Source: Chrysomallon squamiferum (lineage: Eukaryota > Animalia > Mollusca). Taken from it: a stretch of DNA of 64,000 bases. Below the pieces are notes generated by a model. It saw only the letters and a list, made by a program, of their open reading frames with translations. It did no database searches and was not told where the DNA came from. Location of the stretch: the NCBI GenBank assembly GCA_012295275.1, contig CM022676.1:5952001-6016000 (forward strand), in the 5' to 3' direction. Positions 53,391 to 64,000 of this stretch are shown here, piece after piece. Made by a program: the position numbers and the translations under genes. The first letter of the stretch is position 1. The number at the start of each line of letters is the position of its first letter.

Positions 53391-56089
53391 CCAACACCAA
53401 CAAGACCCAGTACAAATTCCTCTGTGTCTATTCTTAAAAGCCAAGAAAATAAACAACAGAAAAAGGTTAGCCAAGATCGCATAAACACAAAATATTTTTG
53501 GTTTTAAAAAATTACCTGTTTTAATTGATTCCACAAGCTACTTGTTAAAAGACAAGAATGTTATGTGCATGTTTTTGGCACAAAAGAATACTTTTTTTTC
53601 TCTCTTTTTTTTTTTTTTTTTTTTTTTTTGTTTTATTGCTGTATTCATAACCTGGGTTTTAGCAAAGTCTGTTGTTTTACAGTCAGTAGGTGTTGATGTA
53701 GAATAATGGATGTAGGTGTTTGGTAAATGTTTCTGAAAAGAATGCATGTCAGTTTTGGGTTTTTTTTTGTTTAGACTGGTATTTAACTGTGTGGTACAAA
53801 AATGTAAGACAAAGAGATGAAAATAAAGGTGTATTCAACAATTGGTCCACCGATATTTAGATAAAGAGAGACACACACACACTTACAAACACACAGACTT
53901 ACAAACGCAGAGAGACAGACAAACAGTATTATTATTATTATTAATAAATAATTTACCATTCTTCATACATTTCTGTAATGGCATTTATAATCTTATGTCT
54001 TTATTAGGAATTAATATTTAAATCATGAATTTTTTTTCGGGGGGGGGTATTTCATTTTTCTGTAAATTCCAGTTTGCTTTTTATAGTTGATCTTTTTTAT
54101 ATTTTTTTTTTTTTTTTTTTTTCAATTTTATTTAATGTATTTTATTTTTATTTTATTTTATTTTATCTTATTTTATTTTATTTTACTTTATTTTTTATTT
54201 TTATTCTTTCTTTCTTTCTTTCACTTTTTTTTTTTTTTTTTGTTTGTCTTGCATTTAAAATTAATTTCCAGTTATAAAAAAAACCTCAAAACATGGAATT
54301 GTCTGCCCATTAATTTTCTCAGGTGTTTACGTACATAGACAAACACCAAACTTAAACATTTTAATAATTTTTTTTCTTCTTCTTTTTTCATGCTTTTTGT
54401 TGCATTTTTACATAAATTTCTGTCTGCATTTGAAATGAGTTTCAGTAAATTAAAAAACATTATTTTCTTTCTATGTAAATTCCTCCTCACTTTTTATTAT
54501 TTCTTTGTACCTTCTGAGTTTATTTTCTTTGTTCTTTTTGAAATCTGTTATTAGTCATGTTTAAATTTAATTTCTGAAAGAACAAAAGATTTTTTTTTTT
54601 TTCTTTTGTAAATTTCTTTTTATTTTTCTTTCTTTCTTTTTCTTTTTTATTATTATTCATTTTTCTTTTTTTCTTAAATTTAGATATTTCTCTTTTCTCT
54701 CTTTTTAGCTTCCAATGGTGGGGGGGGGGACCCCAACATAAAACATGATTTTCTTTCTCTGTAAATTCCTTCTTATTATGCATTAAGTTGTATTTTCAGA
54801 AATAATTTTTTTTTGTTTTTAAATTTATTTAACTTTTTTTTTCTGTTTTCTTGTTTAAAACTTAATTTCCATTTGTAAGAAACCACAATTTTGCTCCAAT
54901 TTAAATTCCACCCCATGTTTTATTTTGCATTTCACAAACTCCTTTTTGTTGTTTTATATCGGTTTTTCTTTTAAAATCCTTCTTTAAGTTTATTTCTATG
55001 CAAAACCAAGGTATAATTTTATTTTCCTGATTTTTTCGATTTATTTTATTATTATTTTTTTTTGGATGTAATTTATTTCTTGTGGTTTTTTTTTTTTTTT
55101 TTTTTAAAGTCTTTCTGTGTCTTCCAATTCAGTTTTCAATTACAAGAGCCATGATTTTCTTCTTTTTTTTTTTTTTTTTTTTGTTGTAAATTCCTCCTTC
55201 TTTTTCTGAAACAAAATTTGCATTCAAAAGAAATAAGAAATGGGAAAAAAAAAAAAAAAATTAAACTGTTCCTGATGGCTCACAGTTTTAAAATAATGCT
55301 TTTCTAATGTTTAATAATGACCCACTATTATTTTCCTTGGTCTATTTTTTTTTTTTTTTTTTGTTCTAATGACTTGACAGCCCACTTGGTTTCAAACATC
55401 TTAAAATCAAACTGTGCAGATCAAAAACACATTTGAACAACAGGTAGCCCAAAATGGTCATCATCATGTTCAATAGGTAATAAAAAAAAAAAAAAAAAAA
55501 GTGTTAAAAACACTTTGGGGGTAAAAAAAAAAAAAAAAGAAACAGGGAAGGAATCAAAACACCCCCCCTAGTACTTCAGGAGGGGGTGGCTGGGATCAAA
55601 GGGAGACAGAAAAAAATGGTTGGAAATTAGTGAAGGAAGATCAGAGAAAAAAAAAATTGCAACACATTTGAAAAAGTCCACAGTCCACAGTTTTCATGTA
55701 TGTTAAACATCTGCAGATGGCAACTTACAAAGCAATTACATCGGCATGCCTCTCCGTAATTTGATTGTGCTCCCCGCGGGGACCCCCTCCCCCTGGGGGT
55801 TTACATCCTGCCCCCCCCACCCACTGGTGATGGGCACAGATAAAGCTGGCTTGTGATGTAACGTGGCATGTTGCGATGTGGTAATGGACAGATGTAAATT
55901 CTGCATGGTTTAGGTCGTGTAATTCAAGAGGTGTCGACATCTGTTTATCCCAATCTAACTCAAACTGAATGACAGTGTAGCAACAGAAGGGTGGTAAATT
56001 ACAGAGGATTACAGTATTGGGAGTGAATTAAAAAATAAGTAATTAACAAGAGTTGTTGTAAATGATAAACTGCTGTTTGAAAAAAAAAA

Positions 56090-56395
56090 GTGTTTGGGTA
56101 AATAATAAATTATTTCTAGCAAAGGTTTGGGTAAAATAAAAGTTATTATTATTAACAAAGTTTGGGTAAATTGTAAAATATTTCTGATAAAGTTTGGTCA
56201 AATAAAACTTACTTTTAACAAAGGTTGGGTAAAATAAAAGTTATTATTAACAAAGTTTGTGTAAATCATAAATTATTTTTAACAAAGGTTTGGTAAAATA
56301 AAACTTATTCTTAACAAAGTTTGGGTAAATTACAAAATATTTTTAACAAAGTTTGGATAAATTATAAATTATTATTAACAAAGGTTGGTTGAAAT
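56090..56395. repeat. ~30-bp tandem repeat (AACAAAGTTTGGGTAAAATAAAA..), about 10 copies
   Basis: Direct inspection. Confidence 0.88.
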
Positions 56396-56521
56396 GACTT
56401 TTAACTAATTCTGTAAGAAAAAATTGGTTCAGTTTATAAAGAACATGAAAATATTAAACCCTTTAATGAATTCTTATAACAGAGCTTTAAGAAAACAAAT
56501 TAAATCACACACACACACAAA

Positions 56522-56575
<54 letters not shown>

Positions 56576-57110
56576 GAGATTCTTATATTTAGATTCTGAT
56601 CAAAGAAAAAGAAAAATTATTCTTAACAGTTTCCACACAGACTGTGATATTACATTTCTCCCACAATTACCTACATGGATTGGGCCATGTGTATGTTTAT
56701 CTGAGCAAATACAGTTTCAGTTGTTAGAAGTGAAGATAAAAATCACCACACTTGTAATACAAAATACCTGTTTATCTGTCTGGGCCCAGCCCCAAACACA
56801 GATGATGTTTCCCTAACGCCTAGCTCCGATTATCGTGCAAAAAAAACTTTTGAAAATAATCGTCATTTACACGAGTAATATTTTGTGAGGCATCATTTCT
56901 TGCCAGCTAGAAATGATGATGATGATGTGAATCAGAAATTCTTGGTAAACAGATTTTTTTTTTTTTTTGAAAGCAGATGTGGATGATAATAAATTGATTA
57001 GTAGTTGTGTGGAAGATAGTATTTGTGACTGTGGATGTTTTTTTTTTTGTGGTGAGGTTTAATGTCAGTTGTATGAGAGCAGACGTCAGTGGTATTTTTT
57101 AATTTTTTTT

Positions 57111-57142
<32 letters not shown>

Positions 57143-57377
57143 CTATTTTCATTTAGTATATTTTATAAATTTATTTATTTTATTCTCTTAATTAATGAAT
57201 GATTTTTATAAATAATTTTTATTTATTTTTTTTTTTATATATATATGCATTAATTTTACTTTTATATTTTTTATTGTAGTTTATTTTTTAGTAATTTAAA
57301 ATCAAATAATACACTTTTTTCATTTATATTTCATTATGTTTTAATTTCTAATTTTTTTTTTTTTTTTTTTTTTTTTA

Positions 57378-57690
57378 AATATACCAACATACATTTTTGT
57401 TAAAAATGCTGAAATATTTTTCTCCATTTATACCAAGGTATATATTTTTTTCTTGTAAATAAATCATACTAAAATAATTTCTTTCTTAATACCAAAACAT
57501 TTCTACTCCAAATATACCAAGATATATATTTTTGTTCCTAACCTGAATGGTGTATGTTTTGTTCCAAATATACTAATATCTGTTTTTTCTCTAAACAAAC
57601 CCAAGATATTTACTTTTTTCTTAATACCAAGATATATTTTGTTCGAAACAGACCAAAATATTTGTTTTCTAAATACACAAAGATACATAT
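57378..57690. repeat. Degenerate ~25-30 bp repeat (ATACCAAGATATATTTT)
   Basis: ACCAA(G/A)ATAT recurs. Confidence 0.65.
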
Positions 57691-58552
57691 TTATTTACAA
57701 TCGGGTAACTATGTCAATTGATTAAACGTGATACCTGGTTGTTATGGTAACCATTCGCAAGTGTGTTTTTACCAAATACCAACGCCTCAGTAAAATAAAA
57801 AACCATTATTCTTACCTGTAAAAAAAAAAAAAAAAAAAAAAAAATAGTTTCTTGTCAGCAAGATGCTGGGGCTGTATGTGGGGGGAGGGTGGGGGAAGGA
57901 GGAGAGGAGAGGGGGGATGTTCTTTGTCTACAGGCTCATGTTTATATTTTTTTTACATATTACCAACAGGTGTTAAGTTCTGGCATTCCGTCCCAGAATG
58001 CAACACTGCCAGGTAGAACCCATACAACAAGTGCCAGATTTAAAACATTTCGCTGCTACAGAAATGACTGTGGTTCATTTTCAGTGTGTATATATATATA
58101 TACATGTAGAGTGAAAGGTTGTGGGCTCTATTCCCCTTTCAGGGTAACAAAGAGTGTCGTGTGTTATATTTCCCAGGATTTAAAAACATTTTAAGCTTCA
58201 ACAGTAAAGACCCAAAAATTAACCCTAGGTAAATGCATTCTCTGAATAATTTCCCATTCCAACTCAAGCTCTGTATCTGATGTAACAGTAAAACTGTAGT
58301 TTGTGTGTGTGTTTTCACCTCTACACAAAAGTAACATGTAAAAGAAGCCTTACTGCTGCTATACAAAGTATAACCCATGGTTGTAGCAGGTTTTGTTTTT
58401 AAGACATCGCTTTAAGACAAAAACTAAATTGCCCTCAGATAGCCATTAACTTAGAAGTATGTTTTATGTACTTATAATAATAACCACATGGTTTTAATAA
58501 TCTGAACTATTATCATTATTATCAATATTATTATTATTATTATTATTATCAC

Positions 58553-58583
<31 letters not shown>

Positions 58584-58875
58584 TTTAATATTATTATTAT
58601 TATTTAATTATTTGTATATTTCCACACTGTGCTGTTGCATTCTGGGACACTTGCAAAACAGTCCTCATTTTACCTTTTATCATCACACTTGTTACGATTT
58701 ATTTTTAAACAAATCTCACAAGTGGTAGAAAATAACATTTCTTTTTCATCACAAAAAAATTGTTATATAAACATTTCTCAGAATCTGATTAAAAAAAAAA
58801 AATAAAATGATTGAGAGACTTGACAGATAATAAACCAAACAGTGCATAATTTGTCATAAAGCATTTATAGCCAAC

Positions 58876-58909
<34 letters not shown>

Positions 58910-59440
58910 GACCTATTCAGTGTCGGTTAAAGTTCCCAAAATTAGTAACTGTTTTTGTGGTGGAACGGGATTTAATTTATTAAATGTTGGGTCATTTTAG
59001 GTTATCATCTCTGGATTTTGTTTGATGTGTAAAAGCAAAATAATGTTGTGAGCCTGGATTAGCACAATAAATAAAAAGGGTGGAGAAGGGTGAATAAGAC
59101 ATTTATTGCAGGTTCAAGAGATATTGAAAATGGCAGGCTGGAGCGCTTTGTGTTGATATAAAAACTGGTAATTGGTTTTATGGTGGAAAAGGATTTGGTT
59201 TAATTATGTAAGAAATTCGTCGAGAGATTTTTAGGTTGATGTTTTTTTTAATTTATTGTTTTAAACGATGCTTCAGATGATGTATTTTTTTTAGTTTATT
59301 AATTTTTTTTTTCTCATTCCAACCAAGTTTCTGGTGTCTTTATTACTAGTTATTAATATTAAAATGTGTTATTATATAGTTAGATGCATAATATTTTTGT
59401 TATTCCATTGTACTGTAAATTAGTTATAATTACCAAAAAA

Positions 59441-59532
59441 AACTAATTATGTTTTTGTTTCTTTTTGTTTTGCAGGTAAGAATTCTTTTTGATTGTTATG
59501 AAAAGTCCTAGTGAAAATACAGTCAGGTAATG
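59441..59532 (+). other. Candidate recursive splice site (AG|GT at 59475/59476) with a 51-nt RS/poison exon 59476-59526
   Basis: AACTAAT branch-like motif, tract GTTTTTGTTTCTTTTTGTTTT, TGCAG immediately followed by GTAAGA, and a second donor CAG|GTAATG at 59527. Confidence 0.6.
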
Positions 59533-60071
59533 TGTCTCTATTTTAAATTTTTCCATCCCTGAAATAATTTCGAAATTATTTTTTAATTATTATTATTTCT
59601 TAATTTCATCAAAAAAATTGCCATCATGTATCAGCCTGGTTGGAACATGGAATAAATAATTATAAAATTATGATATGTTTTGATCCTTGTATTCTGACAA
59701 TTGTTGTAACTACAGTTCAAAATTAAAAAAAATAATAAAAAAGAAACCTGGTTGGAACATGATAAATTTTATAAAAAAAAAAAAATCCCAATTCTGACAA
59801 GCCTCAAAAAAAATAGTTTTATAAAAAAAAAAAATTTAAAAAAAAATTAAATTTAAAAAACAAAAAGTTGGAATGTGAAAAACTCACAAGATTACACTAA
59901 CAAGAACAGATCCAGTTTTCTGTGAAGCCGCAGGCCTTTGCAAAGACCACGCTTTTTTCAGAAATTGGAACAGGAAATGCCTCTGTGATTTCACTAACAA
60001 GAATCGACCCTGCATTCTTTCAAGCTTCAGGCATCTATTATAAGGTTACATATATAGCTTGCCCCCCCCCC

Positions 60072-60130
<59 letters not shown>

Positions 60131-60313
60131 CAGACAGAGAGAGAGAGCTTAACCAGTAATCTCTGGATCTGAGTATATAAATGGCATATACCCGGGGGGG
60201 GGTTCTTGGAAAAATCCCAGAAGGCTTTCTAAAAATGGATATTTTAACTCATCTTGCATTTGGCAGCATTCAGACTTTGTCAGACTCCCTAATTTAAAAT
60301 TCCAATAAATCAA

Positions 60314-60344
<31 letters not shown>

Positions 60345-60619
60345 TAAATTTTTAAAAAGATACATTTTTTTTTTCCCAAGCCCTGTTTCTGTTATAGGAA
60401 TGCAAAAAAAAAGTTTGTTAAATTATTAATGTTTTGAATGTGAAATATGAGTATTTTTATCTTAATTTAGATTTAATTTCCTCTTCTTATTTTTTCTTTT
60501 TTCTTGTTTTCTTTCTCCTGCTACATTTTTGTTAATGATGTACATACAGAAAATGTTATCAAAAAAATAATATAAAAGTAGAAATAATTTGTTTAATTAC
60601 TTTGATCAAAATATTTACT

Positions 60620-60845
60620 AATTTTCTCACACTAATAAGGATTCTAGAATATGGCACCATGTACATGGTGTTGTTGTCATGGAGCACTGGTTAGATTGGG
60701 AAAAAACTCAAAGACTAGACCAGAGAAAGTTGATTTGGGGAAATACACACAAATATATAAGCATAGTTTTTGATATACCAATGATGGAGCAATGGTTAGA
60801 ATAGTAAAAAGGATAAAAACCACACTGATGAAAATTGATTTTGAT
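60620..60845 (-). mobile_element. Two tandem SINE fragments
   Basis: CATGGAGCACTGGTTAGATTGGGAAAAA and TTTGATATACCAATGATGGAGCAATGGTTAGAATAGTAAAAA about 105 bp apart. Confidence 0.5.
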
Positions 60846-62749
60846 AGAGTCTCAAAATCTGAAGGGGTATTTATGTGTTAAAGGGTTATTATATAATTGT
60901 TTATTCAAATCATTACTTATTCAGTCAATCAACCAATCATTCATTTATTCATACATTCAGTCATTAAATTAATTTATTCATTCATTTAAAGATTTCAGAA
61001 ATATTCTGCAAACTAAATAGAGTCCCTACCAAAATGGGGATATATTTCTTTCTTTTGTAATATTTTTTCTTTCTTTCTTTTATTTCTTTTATTTATTTTT
61101 TTTTTTTGTTCATTTTTTATCTTTTTTTTATTTATCATCATTAAATTTGAGATTTCTGTCCTACATGGAAAAATTAATGGGTTTTTAGTGATCTTTTTTA
61201 TCACTTCCCATTTATAGTTCTTAAATAAATCAAACACACCATTGAAATAAAATATAAATCATCATAAATATATCATGATTTTTGGAAGACTTGGTGGCAG
61301 CATTGGCACCAAGAAATGCTTGCCGACATTAGAATTGTAATTACAAACGGTATTCAGGATAATAGCATATACATGAAAATCGGCCATTTTGGTGTAAGAC
61401 ATCATGTTCTCTTGAAACCCGATCTCGGTTTTACAAACAAGGAGGCATGATTTTTGTAGCAAATATCGTGCTTTGAATCATCAGATTAGTTTTATTAATT
61501 AAAAAAAAAAAAAAAAAAAAGAATACAAATTTCTCATTAATGTTTGTGTGGATAATGCTTTCTTGAAAACAGATACTCTTTAATGGTAGGGGAAAAAAAA
61601 TGCAGTTATATTGATCAGAACTTAAACATGTATACACGTAATGATTTAAGTTTATTTTTTCTTTTCTGTTAACTAGAATAAAAACACTGTTCTTTCTTTT
61701 AAACCATAAAATTAAATTAAAAAGCCCATTTTTTAAATGAATTTCATTACAGAATTGTATACTGATAAGGGAAAAAATAATCTAATTTCGAATGATAAAC
61801 CGATTTTCAGAAAATTGAATAATTCTTTTTTTTTTAAAAAAAAAAAAAATGTAGCATCTTCCTGAAACCTTATTCTGTTTTAATATGCAGATAAAAATGT
61901 CAGTGAATCTTTTAATCAAACCATTAATTATTCTTCAACTGAATTATTAATTATTTTAACAAGCGCAGCTAACTTTTAGAAAAATAATTACTTCTACGCA
62001 AAATGCCACGTTAAAATCAGTTACGCAAGAAGAAGAAAAGAAAAATGACTAGGTGCCATACATTCATTTAATTCCTAATCACAGCATTTCTTATCACCTT
62101 CACAAGCACCAGTCTGTTTTGACAGTCATGGCCAATAGAAATCCACTTAACAGTGGCTTGAAATTTTGGTTTGATTTTACACTAAGTAAATCCTGTAGTT
62201 GGTTCATTCTGTGCAACCCGATTCGTCCCGTTACCGTGACTACAAACATAAGTTGTTGATTCTAACGCAGCTGCTTGTACAGGGGCTATTAGAAAGTTGA
62301 TTCAGCCTAAGTCTGCTTGTCACTCTCAATTTGGTCACTTTTAATTAGTGGTCAGAAATATAGGATTCTTCACCGAGGCCCTCACCGGGTATACCCGAAA
62401 AAAGCGAATAAGACGAAAAATCGTAACGGTTGAGATCTTTGTTGCATTTTATCTCTTTCAGACATCAGAAAACTGTTTATTGGTGGATATCAGTGATAAT
62501 AAAAATAAAAATAAAAATCTACTAAACCACATTTACTGTTTTTCTTACCATCACTTTTACTTCTACTATTATAATACTGCTGCCATCATTATTTTTAACC
62601 ACTGTTTCTATATTTGCAGCTATTATTCCTGTTATAACCATTACAACTTCCATAGCTACTTTAAGCTGTATTATTATTTCTATTTTACTGCTGTCACAAC
62701 TGTTAAACTACTACAACTATTACTGATACTATTTCTGTGCTTTTACTGT

Positions 62750-62803
62750 TAATACTATTATTACTACTGCAACTACAACTACTGATATTACAACTGCTGC
62801 TGT

Positions 62804-62848
<45 letters not shown>

Positions 62849-63095
62849 CACTACTGCAATTTTCATTACTACTGATGTAATTAAAAGTATTATACTGCTC
62901 CAACTGTTTACTACTACTACTACTACAACAACATCTTCAGTTTCTGCTACTACTAATATTACCACAACAAAAAACAAATACCATGCATTTAATTCATTCA
63001 TTCATTCATTCATTCATTCATTCATCCGTTAAGTCACTTACTCGCTCATTCATATACAAACCCATTCATTCATTCATTTACGCATTCATTCATTC
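62750..63095. repeat. (ACT)n/(ACC)n and (ATTC)n microsatellites
   Basis: Direct inspection. Confidence 0.9.
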
Positions 63096-63589
63096 AAGCA
63101 AACTGAACTTCTCTTTGTTTATCACAAAGTTCTCTTTGTCCCAAGTTGAACCAAGATAAACACAAAGACAGCACAGGGCAGTAAATTGTTTTAATAACAG
63201 ACCACCTCTGACTGTGTGTGCAATAAAAACTAATAATACACAGGTGTCAAAACCCTTCAGTAGTATACAGCTTCTTATAACTGTTTTTCTGGCTCTCTCT
63301 GTATATGATATACACATAAACTCTGCTAATATGGTTTTTGGCATATAGTTTTAATAACCTTTTGTGTCTGTCTTTTTTTTCTATATATATATATGTATAT
63401 ATATGTTCATTCGTTGTGTGTTTCATTATCTTTTCTTTCTTCCTGTCTTTTTTCATGTGTATCTCTCACTATCTTATTATTACTCTTTTTCATTTTTCCC
63501 TCCCTCCTGCTTTCTCTGTCTCTTTCTTCTTTCCATCTTTTTCTTTTCTTTATCTGTCGCCTTTCTCTTTCACTATTTTCTCTTTTATT

Positions 63590-63591
<2 letters not shown>

Positions 63592-63675
<84 letters not shown>

Positions 63676-63700
63676 CACACACATATATATACACATATAC
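63592..63700. repeat. (TC)n-(TA)n-(CA)n microsatellite
   Basis: Direct inspection. Confidence 0.95.
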
Positions 63701-64000
63701 AATTTTGTTCTTTATTGGTTTTCATATCTTTTATAACTGGTTTTATCTCTGTATTTGCACTGTTTGTTGTTAGCACTTTCTGATGCCCATTGTTTGTGCT
63801 TCTTACTTGTTTATATATACATATACTCACATTGTTTTGCAGCTAGTACTTATTAATAGCTGTTTTTGTCTGTGTTTTTTTTTATTGATGTAGTGTTTAT
63901 ATAGACCACTTTTTTTTTTATGGGGTCAGTGTGTTGTTTTCTTTTCTTTTCTCTCTTCATTTCTCTCTTTTCTATCTTTTTTGTCTATTTTTTTTTTTTC

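Noticed and set aside
60641-60670. Adjacent perfect palindromes ATTCTAGAAT and CACCATGTACATGGTG
   Set aside because: Short, located in a decayed SINE, and without target-site or terminal-repeat context.

Overview
This is very AT-rich, microsatellite-saturated eukaryotic DNA and is almost entirely non-coding. Decayed tRNA-derived SINE copies resemble, from memory, a gastropod family, so a mollusc is likely, but the taxon is an inference. Nearly all ORFs in the supplied track are microsatellite artefacts. One well-bounded + strand exon (22576-22701) can encode a 27-aa signal peptide followed by a phase-1 intron that apparently runs past the window end (>41 kb). About 36.8 kb into that intron is a strong candidate recursive splice site (branch point, pyrimidine tract, TGCAG|GTAAGA at 59475/59476), followed by a 51-nt exon with stops in all three frames. 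The rest is 200-500 bp complex islands carrying CTCF, RFX X-box, CAGGTR (ZEB/Snail-type), CCAAT and POU-like motifs, separated by simple repeats, local minisatellites and SINE remnants. These islands are repeatedly flanked by A/C-rich DNA on the left and G/T-rich DNA on the right. The gene cannot be named, and possible antisense exons are reported at low confidence.
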